Below the pieces are notes generated by a model that saw only the letters and a list, made by a program, of their open reading frames with translations, searched no databases and was not told the DNA's origin. From positions 10,912,001 through 10,976,000 of the forward strand of contig NC_043005.1 in NCBI RefSeq assembly GCF_006345805.1: a stretch of 64,000 nucleotides of DNA, read 5' to 3'. The stretch comes from Octopus sinensis. Lineage: Eukaryota. Made by a program: the position numbers and the translations under genes. Positions 13,586 to 27,523 of this stretch are shown here, in pieces (within the stretch, counting starts at the first letter, position 1; each line of letters opens with the position of its first letter).

Positions 13586-16500
13586 GTGCGTGTTTGTGTG
13601 TCTGTGTTTGTCACCCCAACATCGCTTGACAACCGATGCTGGTGTGTTTACGTCCCTGTAACTTAGCGGTTCGGCAAAAAAAAGTGACCGATAAAATAAG
13701 TACTAGGCTTACAAAGAATAAGTCCTGGGGTCGATTTGCTCGACTAAAGGCGGTGCTCCAGCATGGCCACAGTCACATGACTGAAACAAGTAAAAGAGTA
13801 AACGAGAGAGTAAAGAGTAATGTATTATTGATTTAAGTACTTGATAAAATTTATTTGTTTAAGGACTGTGAGGTAATTTACGAGGTGGTATCAAAAGGTT
13901 CCTGGACCAGATTTTGTTAATAAAAAATAACTCATTTACCTTAGTTTTAACATCATCTCCTTCGAAATACTTACATTATGCAGTAATACACTAGTCCCAG
14001 CATTCCTGTCACTTTTGGAATCTGGCCTCGAAGTTGTATTCCATAAGCAAGTGAAGGACCTGTGATTCGCTCTGCATCTCGACAATGGGATTAAAACAGC
14101 AACCTTTGAGCTGCGTTTTCATCTTGGGGAAGAGATGGAAATACACAGGTGCTAAATCTGGTGAATAGGGTGGGTACGGAAGTGATACCATGTTATCTTT
14201 GGCAAGACACTCACAAATGAGGAGAGGTCAGTGACAGGGTGCTTTGTTGTTGTGAAGAATCCAATTCTTCACACTCCACAGATCTGATAATTTTCACAGA
14301 ATGTCCCCCATCAAATGCTTCAAAATGTTGTTGGTTGTCCTCCAATGATCCTCATGCAAGGGTAGTAGGCTCATGACCAAAGAATTACTATAAATGCCAT
14401 ATGGAGAAGAAACAGGTGTATTAAAATTTCTTGAATTTATATTGACCTTGTCATACATCATTATCATCATCATCATTTAATGTCCATTGTCCATGCTGTC
14501 ATGGGTTGGATGGTTTGACTGGGTTGGCACACTAGAAGGCTGCACCAGACTCCACTCTGATTCGGCATGGTTTTCTATGGCTGGATGCCCTTCCTAATGC
14601 CAACTACTCCAAGAGTATAATGGGTGGTTTTACATGCCACCGGCACAGGTACCATCTACATGACACTGGGATGTGTTTATGTGCCACCGGCACAAGTGCC
14701 GATTTATGTGACAGCGGTATCTGCCATGACTGCGATTTTGCTTGGCTTGATGGGTCTTCTCAAGCACAACATAATGCGATAGGTCTTGGTTATTGCCTCT
14801 GTGAGGCCCAATGCTCGAAAGGAACTCAGCTACTTTGCCTCTTGTCAGGCCCAACATTCAAAAGATGTTCTTTACATGCCACCAGCACAGGTGCACTTGG
14901 CTTGACAGGTCCTCTCAAGCACAGTACATCACCAAAGGTTTTGATCACCAGCCATTGCCTCTGTGAGGCTCAAAGTTCGAAGATCATGCTTCACCACCTC
15001 GTCCCATGTTTTCCTGGGTCTACATCTACCACTTTAACTTTCATCCTTGATCGGAGAGGTGGGAATGAATACATTGGCACAAACATTCTTCTTTGACTAA
15101 GATGTTTCCTTCTCAGCTATGTGATTTTGGTTTCAGTCCCACTGTGTAGCACTTGGATAAATGTCTTCTTGTGACCAATATTTTGTGAATGAAATTTGAC
15201 AGATGAGAGCTGTACAAAAGCCCATCATGTGTGTGTGTGTGCATGTGTGTATATCTTATTCGAATGTATTTGATTAAAAATACCATCTTTTATTTGATCC
15301 ACTCGAGTTGCACAGATGATTCGTTGTCACTGTTGTCATCAAAAATGCAAATATCTACTGGATGACCCATCAAAAATGGTAACCAATAATACTTTTGTCC
15401 CACACAATATGGTATAAATTATGTACTTTTTTGTTGCTTTATTTTTATTTTCTAATTCTAATTTACTTTTCATTTTTATCTTTCTAGTGCCTCCAACTCC
15501 TGAAAATGTTAAAATTAGGAGGACATCACCTACTACAGTTGATGTAATGTGGGATGAACCTGCATTTCCTGTTGCTGGATATAAAGTATACTATAATATG
15601 TTTGCCCTTCCCAACATGGACCTTTGGCAAAACATTGATGTTGGCCCCTATACTGTGGCTGAAATTACAGGACTTGATCCACAAACTATATATGTGGTTA
15701 GAGTCCAAGCCATTTCAACTGGCAGGAGAGCTGGAAATTTTTCCGCTCCAGTGTATACAAACATGATTCCAAAAGGTAACTTAGATTCTTTCTTATTAAT
15801 TGTATGCTAGATTTAAATCATTATTATTGTTGATGCTTAGTAGGGTGGAAGATTGGCTGAATTAGCAAATCATTGGATAAAATACCTTGCCATCATCATC
15901 ATTGTCATTTAACGTCCATTGTCCATGCTGGCATGGGTTGGACGACTTGGCCAGGGCTGGTAAGACGAGGGGCTGCACCAGGGTCCAGTCTGATTTGGCA
16001 TGGTTTCTAAGGCTGGATGCCCTTCCAAACACAGTATTTGTTCTATCTCTTTATGTTCTGAGTTCAAATCCCAATTTTGTGTTTCATCCCTTCAGAGTTA
16101 ATAGAAAGAAATACAAATCAAAAATTTGGTTGATGTAATCAACTAAGCCCCTCTCCTCAAAATTGCTAGCCTTGTGCTTAAATTAGAAATAGCTAGGCAT
16201 TTTTTATAAACCAAGCACTCTTATTTTCTTCTGAATACAATCCTCGCAACTGGTAATCCCTGCCCTCCTCTCATGGAAGGTGTAGCCTGTCAGCATCACT
16301 TTCCAGATGGAACATACTGTGTATTGTCAGTAGTTTCCTTGATTCCTTGTCCAAGGATTGTTGTTCCTCTGTTTGCCATTATATAATTCCTGCTTCATGT
16401 CTCAAAAGAGCAATTGCTCATGAATTTATTTGCTCAGAACTTATTCCTCCATTTAGTTTCATCTTCAAAACCAATCTCAGCCTTCCGTTACACGTCTGAT

Positions 16501-19500
16501 ACAATATCTTCTTATCTAGCTTTCTATGCCCAGATGATTGTATCTTTTCTTGTCTATTTCCTTTAACACTCCTGCGGGCAATTTTGCACCCTCCACTTGT
16601 TGAACTTTATCTCTTTTTAGAATCAATGCTCCATGCATTTTTCAGCCCAAATTCCATTCTCTTGTTCTGACTAAAAGCAAAGCACTGTTTGAATCAGTTA
16701 ATTCAGCTCTTTTTTCATCTTTGCCATCAAGTTTCAGGTCATTCATAAAAAGATGAGTGACCTGACCTTTCCTTTCCTTGAACTCATATCCAACTTTATA
16801 ATTTTTATGACAGAGTTTATTCATGTCACTTAATAAGGACTAATAGTAAAATAAAGATCTATTAAACGGGCTAATGTCAACGTTCCCTGAAAATATGTAT
16901 ATATTGTGTATGCGTGTATGTACTCTTATGTGTGTTTATGCACACACATACATACATACATGGAATGGTGCTTATGTAAACATAGAACAATCAGCATCAT
17001 CGTTTAACGTCCGTTTTCCATGCTAGCATGGGTTGAACGGTTCGACCGGGGATCTGGGAAGCCAGAAGGCTGCACCAGGCTCCAGTCTTATCTGGCAATG
17101 TTTCTACAGCTGGATGCCCTTCCTAACGCCGACCACTCCATGAGTGTAGTGGGTGCTTTTTACGTGCCACCTGCACAGGTGCCAGGCGAGGCTGGCAACG
17201 GCCACGGTCGGATTGGTGTATTTTATGAACAATGAGAATGGTATTCCAGCTTGGTCTCTACCTCAGAGGTTTAGAAAAAAATAATGGTTAGCCTTTTAAG
17301 TATACTGAATTGTATAGCTTGTCTTTCGATCTCATTACTTTGTAGCTACTTCTCTGCTTATAAAGTTTTTATCCTCTTTATATTCGTAGTGAGGCTTTAC
17401 ATTTGGTGTGTGTGTGTTGCACTGTGATAATTATAATTTCATTATACATTATTTTTATTTATTTATTCATTTCATAGATCGTCCAGATGCTGTTCAGAAT
17501 TTTAGAGTAGCTCTCAAATCTTCTCGAATTATTCAATTAGCGTGGGATCATCCTGAGAAACAAGTTGTCAACTCATATACGGTAAGTGCTTATATGTATA
17601 TTTATATGGTTTTTTTTTTTATGGCTGGATGCCCTTCCTAATGCCAACCACTTGGCAGTCTGTGCTGGGTACTATTTTTGTACTGCCGGCATTAGTAGGA
17701 TTACCAAGTATGTAGTGAGGCAGAAAAGGACAAGAAAAGAGGAAGATGAGGGAAGGGGAAGCCCTCTTGATTAAGTGATGGGGGTGGAGGTATTTGAGGA
17801 GCTGGCAGAAACGTTAGGACGCCGGACGGAATGCTTAGCAGTATTTCGTCTGTCTTTACGTTCTGAGTTCAAATTCCGCCGAGGTCAACTTTGCCTTTCA
17901 TCCTTTCGGGGTCGATAACTTAAGTACCAGTTACGCACTGGAGTCGTTATAATCGACTTAATCCGTTTGTCTGTCCTTGTTTGTCCCCTCTGTGTTTAGC
18001 CCCTTGTGGGTAGTAAAGAAATAGGTATTTGAGAGGCTAGAGAAGTGATTAGAGGGGTTTTGCTATTGTGAAGATACATGGACTTTTTTTTTACTAAACG
18101 TGGAGCAGTCACTTAGGGGACATTTTTATACCTTTTGCTTTTGGCATATATGCTTAACTGATTTTATTTATGAACATGTTGTCAAGTTAGGCCTTGACAC
18201 CATTGTTAGCTATTTATCCGCAGTCAAGTGTCAGTTTGAATATCCGTATTTAGGTATAGAGGTTTGTTGTGGCAATGTAGCATGTGCTGACCATTTTGAA
18301 TTGGTTGAACGGTAGAAAGCAAATTTGTGACTGTCTTCTTGACATAACCACATATTTATTCATGTTTCCATCAAATATTAGGGCTTGACATTTTGAGACT
18401 TGTCAAGCAAAAGAGGACAGTTCATTGTTGAAATTTATGAGTTCAGTTGTCTAACTCACATTGGTTGGGTGGTAGCTTAAGGGACTGTGGTGCAAGGGTT
18501 GCCTTTAATTGCTGTAATGCTCTTTCTAGGGAGATTTTTCTCTCTACTCTTAGACATGTTTAATGCATAAAGTCTCCTCCTCCAGCAAAATGCTTGCTTC
18601 TTGATTATCCACATACAAGGCAAGGCAGGTGATCCATTAAAATTTCTTAATATCTGTGGTCACTATGTGTATAGATATGAGCAATAGTACAATTCAGGAA
18701 CTTGACCTTGACAGTTGATCTCACTGAGTTTTCCCTGCCCAGCATTGTGCCAGTGATGCCTTTGTTCTGGTGGCCGTTCGGTGCTTTAGAATTGCCAGAA
18801 CACAGCCTGTGTTTAGTACAGGATAGTTTGTTTCCATATTCACAATTACCCCTTATCTGTCACCTGGGTAGAAGTTCTCTTCCAATTTTTATATTATGCT
18901 TTATTTACGCTAAATGTTCATATATATTACGTATTTTGTATTATATAGTTTTTATCATGTATAACCAACCATATTACATTGTATTATTTTTTTCCCATAT
19001 CTTCAAAAGCTAACCTTTGAGGGATCAAAATCATATTGGGAAAAGGGTACACTAAAAACCATCTATTCTCCACTTGTTTCTCGACAAATTGGAGGTCAAG
19101 AATCTTCATGGCAAGTTGAAAATCTGCAACCAAAAATGAAATACGATTTCAATATCAGTGCACTTTTCCGTGATGGAACTACAGGACCAGATCAATATTT
19201 AACCACTGAAACTCTCATTGAACGTAAGTTACCACTCTGGTTATACTTGATGTTGTCTTTATATCTTTGGATTTGTTCATGCACATTTTTAAGTTTGTCA
19301 TTTCTATTAACACTTTTGTTACCAACGTGGCTGAAACCGGCTCTGGCTCTGAGTACAAATGTCTTGTTTTCATAAGTTTTGAATTAAAATCTTCCACCAA
19401 ACCTTAGTCACAATTTATGTTCCTAAAACTAGCTTAATTACAACCAAGTTATTTTACTAAATTCTTTATTATATTCAAAGTAATTGAAAGAAACACAGAG

Positions 19501-22500
19501 CATCTCAAAATAAATACAGTAACGAAAGGGTTAAATATTTTGATGGATATATATCTGAGGTTGAAATGAGATTGTTATTACATAGTTAATCATTTTTAAT
19601 TTTGATAATTAACTAAGTCTTTATCGAGATGAAAAAAAAAGACTTTATAATAGATTCAGAAAATGTTTTTATTGTAGTTGTAAGTTTTCTGAGGTTAATT
19701 AGAAAAATTATAGTCATATTTTTCTTATTATAACATACAAAGTATCAGTATATTAAGAGATGTGACCAACTAAAAAACCCTAGGAATTGACAAAGCCTCT
19801 CAATTGCTGAATGGCACATCTAAACAGCTTTCATGTATCTATGATAGTAGTAGTTAATGGTCAGTATCAACACCTAGAGTTCCTGATAGAGTAATTCGTC
19901 CCCAAAGCAAAAGCACTGGATGCCCTCGCACATGCAAGCTAAAAAAGAATAACTGTTTCTATGAATCTGTTACAGTTTAACAACAATCTGTAAATAAATT
20001 CTTGACATCCATACTCTACATTAGGTTACCCTCTCACATAGATGGTAGCAAGATCTTAACTGAAAAGCAAAACAGGTACTGGGAAAAGATGTGTGGTTGT
20101 AAAGAGCTGAAGTAATGGGTGAACCATCCTATAATTAAAGACAAAAAAAAATAAGAGAGAACAATCTTAACATAGCATGGATTCAGTACTGACAAGACGT
20201 GGGTATTGAAAACACTCCATATTAATAAAGCAACTCCAGTATTAAGTAGATACATCAGTTATGCCATGTCAAAATGAGAAAAGCAAGTGCTAAAACCACT
20301 CAAATAACCACAAGTAAATCTTTAAAAAGGTTCTTTTCTACAAGTGCAGGAGTGGCTGTGTGGTAAGTAGCTTGCTTACCAACCACATGGTTCCGGGTTC
20401 AGTCCCACTGCGTGGCACCTTGGGCAAGTGTCTTGTACTATAGCCTCGGGCTGACCAAAACTTGTGAGTGGATTTGGTAGACGGAAACTCAAAGAAGCCT
20501 GTCGTATATATATATGTTTGTGTCTGTGTTTGTCCCCCTCAACATCGCTTAACAACCGATGCTGGTGTGTTTACGCCCCGTAACTTAGCGGTTCGGCAAG
20601 AGAGACCAATGGAATAAGTACTAGGCTTGCAAAGAATGAGTCCTGGGTTCGATTTGCTCAACTAAAGGTGGTGCTCCAGCATGGCTGCAGTCAAATGACT
20701 GAAACAAATAAAAGAAGCATAAAAGAAGTACAGTTTTCTTGTACATAGCCCTGGCTCCATTAGTGAATTCGTTTAATGACATTGTTATGAATGCTTCAGA
20801 CAAATTAAAAACCACTTCATTAATTAAAGCTGTTTACAAGACACAGTTCCAAATTGGGGCACTTGACTAAAACTACATACATTAAATCAGGCCCAGGCAT
20901 CATAAATTTAGAACAAAACAAGCTATAAGATACTTAAGAGTTAATAATGTTGGTATTATTCATGCCGGTGGCACGTAAATGCACCATCCATTCGTGGCCG
21001 TTGCCAGCCTCGCCTGGCCCCCGTGCCGGTGGCACATAAAAAGCACCATCCGATCGTGGCTGTTTGCCAGACTCGTCAGGCACGTAAAAAGCACCCACTA
21101 CACTCACGGAGTGGTTGGCGTTAGGAAGGGCATCCAGCCGTAGAAACATTGCCAGATCAAACTGGGCCTGATGCAGCCTTCGGGCTTCCCAGACCCCAGT
21201 TGAACCGTCCAACCCATGCTAGCATGGAAAGCGGACGCTAAACGATGATGATGATGATTATAGAACACACAGAGATGAAGGGAAGTTTAGAAAGGTCTAC
21301 TACAGAAGAGTTAAATTTAAATTTAAAAAATTGAACCCAGTATTAAAAATAAGATACTAGATACAAATACACTAAACATCCAATTATAAATATGGATTCG
21401 AACAGAATAAACTCAAAGTTGAGTGGATTCAATAGTTAAGATAGGCAAATTAGACTACTACTAACAGTATTTCAAAGCCATCATCAGAAGCTGATATTGC
21501 TAGAATATATATACCTGCATGCTGAGACAACAGAGTTTAATGCAAATAGAGAATTATTACAAAGTAACATAAAACTTACAATACATGATCTGTACAATTA
21601 TCCCCCAATAATACATCACAATTCATACTTTTACATAATTAACATTTAGGATTGTAATCCCAACAATTCATGTTCTATGCATTTGCTACCCAATTATTTG
21701 AGCTCATCACACAGCAGATAGTCTACACAGTCATGACCCAATATAAATACCCATAGCACAATCTAATCATCATCATCATCATCATCATCATCGTTTAACG
21801 TCCGTTTTCCATGCTAGCATGGGTTGGACGGTTCGACTGGGAATCTGGGAAGCCAGAAGGCTGCACCAGGCTCCAGTCTGATCTGGCAGTGTTTCTACAG
21901 CTGGATGCCCTTCCTAACGCCAACCACTCCGTGAGTGTAGTGGGTGCTTTTTACGTGCCACCTGCACAGGTGCCAGGCGAGGCTGGCAACCTAATAATAA
22001 TAATAATATTTTACATAGTTGTGGTATGGAAAAAACAATAGAAATGACTACTGAATAACAATAATGTTATTCAGTTTATAGTGATCAAATGTTCGTGTCA
22101 CACATTAGCTCACCCTCTCTATCAAATTGACGTTGTCCGAACAGGTGCATGGTGCACCATGCATTAGGTGTCAAAATGGTTGCAGAGCAATGGGAGATGA
22201 AGTGTTTTGCTCAAGGTATTGTAATCGCAATTGTAAGTGCAATACCCTAACTACTAGGCCAATGCACCCTCACAACAACAACAACAATAAAAACAATAAT
22301 GATGATAATAATAATAATAATGGTTTCAAATTTTGCCACAGGGGCAGCAGTTTTGGGGGCAGGGATGAGTCAATTACATTGACCCCCCCACTGTCCAACT
22401 GGTACTTAGACCCCGAAAGGATGAAAGGCAAAGTTGACCTCAGCAGAATTTGAACTCTGAATGTAGACATGGACAGACGAAATGCTACTAAGCATTCTGC

Positions 22501-25500
22501 TCAGCGTGCTAACAGTTCTGCCAGTTTGCCACCAATAATAATAATAATAATCATAATAATAATAATATAATAATCATCATCATCATCATCATCATCGTTT
22601 AGCGTCCGTTTTCCATGCTAGCATGGGTTGGACGGTTCTACTGGGGTCTGTGAAGCCAGAAGGCTTCATCAGGCCCAGTCAAATAATAATAAAATTAATT
22701 AAAAATTGTATTAATTGTGAATTACTTCATTGTATTAAATTTAATTTCTAAAATAATTTTTTTTCAGCACCATCTTATGTTGATGTTCCTGTTATAAAAT
22801 CATACGGCTCAGGCACAGTTGAACTGGGCCTGTATCGGGCCAGTGAAAAACATGGACCATTAAGCCATTACCTCTTAATCGTTGTGCCTGAGCAGTATCC
22901 TGAAAAGGCTCCTGAAGATTTTGAAGTTGAAGAGGTATGTTCTTTTTTCATTTTCTAAGATTATCATTCTGGTATTCATTTTTAGGCTATAAATTCTGCT
23001 GAAACCATTTCCGCCATCGTCAGTGTTGGTATTATTCTCATGTCTGTTTTTTGATGGTATTCATGCATTTTATCAGCAACAGTAGGGCATATTACCACTC
23101 CCTGTAGACCTGTACTAGCTTGTATCTGAACATCAGTGTTCTCTAAACATACTTCTTCACTTCTTCCCATACCTTGATACATCTTTCCAACTCCTTCCAC
23201 TGTTATCTCATGGTATCTTATCTCCCAGTTAGTCTCAGTCATCGCATTAAATGCCCTTGACCCGTGCAGCTTATTTTTCTCAGCAAAACTGCTTTCTCAC
23301 CTCACTTGGCTCCAAACTTTCCAAAAAAGTTTATTTTTATTTAATATTACTATTTGTGGACCAATCACAGATTCACTGCACTTATGGTGAGTGTATTGAG
23401 GGAGTATTTGTAACTCGGAACAAATGTCCCTAAGGATTCTGTTATCAGATGTATATTTTAATATTTTGGAGAGTGAAAATACCACATTTTTGGCACCATC
23501 ACAAAGAATTGTGATGGTGTCAAAAATGGGAGATTGATGCTATTAATGCTCCTCTTGACCCTTTGCAAGTCTACACTTGAAAGAAAAACAGACAGAGAAG
23601 GAGTTTCAGAGAATTGACATTCTGGGAAGGATAGTCCTGGCATAGTGATTGATGTAGGGGCTCAGTAGACATGTGCACAATAAAGGAGGTGTGAAAGAGG
23701 GATGATGACATTGATAATATTAGCCGCAACAGCTTTTGTATTTAAATTTTGTTTATGTTTTCAGCTTGAAGACGATGGCCCTGTTGATATGCCATCTTTA
23801 AATCCCTACATTGCTGCAAGATTTGAAGCCAACTCCTTACCAGATGTACTGAAACTCGGTAATAAACAGATGTATGACTCCCATACCAACAGACCTTTAG
23901 ATCCTGACCACACCTATAGAGTATTTCTCAGAGCCTATTCTGTCGATCCGGTAAGTTACCTTCCAGTTTGATGTTTCCTTTATTAACACCATTATTTTGA
24001 AATGGCAAACAAGAAATACTATCACTATCACCACTACCAATACTGCTGATCCACAAGACCATATTCACTAAAAATTTCAATGGTGATTAGTGTAAATGAC
24101 AATATTCTTTCTTTCAGTTCATTGTACTGATGCTCCTTGGCAGAAGTGGTGTTGATGTAGCTAGCAACTATTATATAAATGTATAAATATATAGCTATGG
24201 CTAACTACTAATATGTGGATGTTGTAAGCTAGAAGTGAATGAATGTGTTGATGAGGTTTGCATGAATGTCTTTAAAATAAAACTGGATCTCTTCCTGTCA
24301 GGTGTCCCAGATGAACCAACTTCACGGCAGGAGGTGCAGATGAGGGCAGCTGCATCGAACTCTCTCATGCACCAAATGGCAATTGCTAAAAAGCATTCGT
24401 GAAGTAAAATCATGTAGCAACACCAAATGGCGGTGCCCCAGCATGGCCACAGCTCGTAAGCTGAAACTAGATAAAATAAAATAAAAAATAAAAAAATAAT
24501 GTGGTTAGCTTCTAGTAGAAAAAAAGATATTGTTTCACACATTATTTTCCTTTAGTACATGGTGGAAATATTGTACTGTCAAGTATTATTTTAACAAAAT
24601 TGATGGAACAAAAATACCTTTTGGTATTTCATTATGTGTCTTTGTTCTGAATTCAGATCCTACTTTTATCCTTCTATTTTGGATAAAATAAACTAGGCAA
24701 ATTTTGGAGTTGAGCTAATCAACCGTGCCCACTCCCCAAATTGTGGCTTTCTGCCTTTGTTGGAAATCAATATTGTTCCATTAAAGCATAACATATTGGC
24801 TTTGAACAAGTCTGACAGTTTGGTTAGGTTCGTTTGTTGTCAACACCTTCTGTGCAGAGTGGTTGCTGTACTGACGTGTACTGAGGCTGTAATATCTACA
24901 AACATTCCTGGATGACAAATAGGTGTGGTTGCTCTTTGTTGAGCATGTTTTCCTACAACTGTCTCTTCGACAGACTCGCAGTCATGGATCCAATCAAAGC
25001 CCAAAAGTGGGTGCCTGGTGTCGGGAATGTTGCCAGACCTTCACAGCTCTCCACCAGTCTGTAACCACTACACCTAGGACTTCCTCTCCAGCTTCTTATG
25101 CTTGAGCCATTCTATAAAAAAACATTTAATAATCTACAATTTAGTTTAACTGTAAAAGCTTGTAAGATGGAAGCCAACACTCCCTGATGAGTCTTTAATG
25201 AAAAGTGAAACCAGTCAAATTGATTTTCATTCCTAGCAGCTGAAAGTTCTGCATTTTAACTATTATTAGTCTAAATATATACTCATTAAATCTATTCATT
25301 CATTCTGTAATGGTTCTCAAGTAATATAGTTAATTTATATTAATTTCTGCTGAGTATTTTTCACTAAATTTCTTTCTTTTTTTTTTTTTTTCAGAAACTT
25401 TACACTTCAAGTGAATATTCAGCATCATTCCAAATAAAGACAGATGGATTCAAAAGAAATGGAGTAGGAACAGATCTACCCAATCCAAGACCGACTATGG

Positions 25501-27437
25501 ATGACGCACGCAATCTTTTACTTATTGTTGCACCTGTTTGCGGTGCAGTTGGTTTGCTTATTATTGTCTGCATTTTAGTTGTTATCTACTTCAAGTAAGT
25601 TAATAAATTAACTTTACTGTTGTGCATGTGCATGTGTGTGTGTGTGTGGCGGGAGTCAGGGGTAGTGATATGCTCCATACTGGTCATGCTTTGATTTATG
25701 ATGCCACAGTCATATATTGTCTGACTTTCTTCAAGCCATGTCTTAATGCATTACTCTGTAAATCATACATTTTTGTTAGTGACATCCAATGTCAGATATT
25801 TTAATCTGTAAAACTCCCATGCTCCAATCTTCCTCCCCCTTCTCACATCATTACCTAATCTGTGCCATATCTTAACTTGTATCAAACCAATGTACATACT
25901 TTATGTTGTGACAACTTCAAGTGTGTCTGTTCTAAGCTTATTTTTGAGTTGGTGCTATCAATCAGACAATTCTGCAGCAATCCCAAAGTTCTGTATGTTA
26001 TTAGTACCTCACGATACTGGTACCTCACGATACTGGTACCTCATGATACTGGTACAACTTCGGTTGTAGTGTAGCCCACTAATGCAGTTTTACTAAACTG
26101 TTTGTTACATCATCATCATTTAGCGTCCGCTTTCCATGCTGGCATGGGTTGGACAGTTCAACTGGGGTCTGGGAAGCCAGAAGGCTGCACCAGGCCCAGT
26201 CTGATATGGCAATGTTTCTACGGGTGGATGCCCTTCCTAATGCCAACCACTCCATGAGTGTAGTGGATGCTTTTTACGTACCACCGGCACAGGTGCCAGA
26301 CAGGGCTGGCAAACGGCCATGATCAGATGGTGCTTTTTATGTGCTAGACAAGGCTGGGAAACGGCCACGATCAGATGGTACTTTTTACCTGCCAGACGAG
26401 GCTGGCAAATGGCCATGATCGGATGGTGATTTTTACGTGCCACCGGCACAGAGGCCAGTCGGGGCGGCGCTGGATGGTTCTCTTATGTGCCACTGGCACT
26501 GGTATCACAGCTATATCATTTAGTTGTCACTCACAAATATGACGTAATAGGTTGTACAGGTTGTACTATTCTTCTGATAATTGTTTTAGGAGTGCAATTA
26601 GTCATATAATTAGATGCAGACACTTTCTAGGCCCTCCCACCCATGACCAAGTAGGACATCATGGATATGACATTGTGGAGAGGAAGTTGCACCAGCAGCT
26701 TGGGTGGGCACTCATCTACAGCTGAGTAGACTGGAGCAACAAGTAACAAAAGTTTCCTGGTCAGAAATCAAACTCACAACATTATGACCATGAGGACAAC
26801 ACTCAGATGATTACATGTTTCCCTTCTCCTCCTACATCAGTAGTAAAAGAAATGACCGTAACAGCTATCTTATGATAGATCACTGTACAAAATGTTTAGG
26901 TAATGATGTAGCAGAGATAGCAGAGTGCTATGCTAAGTGGTATTTGAATATTTTAAGGCGGTGAGCTGGTAGAAACTTTAGCATCCCAAGCGAAATGCTG
27001 AGTGGTATTTCATCTGCCGTATGTTCTGAGTTCAAATTCCGCCGAGGTCGACTTTGCCTTTCATCCTTTCAAGGTCGATTAAATAAGTACCAGTTACGCA
27101 CTGGGGTCGATATAATCGACTTAATCCATTTGTCTGTCCTTGTTTGTCCTCTCTGTGTTTAGCCCCTTGTGGGTAGTAAAGAAATAGGTATTTGAATATT
27201 GTCATCACTGGATTTGTAAGTCTGCCAGGGTTGCAAGTATTAGTAACTATTTGGTATTGGTGGAAATGTAATTGACTTCACCCTCTCTCTCAGATTTATG
27301 ACCATTTACCTGTGTTTCGTGTAAAAAAACAGAAAAATTATTATCAAAACACTGCTGCTCTCAACTTCATCTGTCATCCTTCAATGGTCATTAGAATTAT
27401 ATAGCAGTTCACTATTAGGAAACAGATCAATCAAAAA

Positions 27438-27478
<41 letters not shown>

Positions 27479-27481
27479 CAT

Positions 27482-27523
<42 letters not shown>

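Noticed and set aside
18100-18700. Possible LINE endonuclease remnant on the minus strand ([12 protein letters not shown]-like motifs)
   Set aside because: The motifs appear in the wrong order and are too degenerate to call without an alignment.
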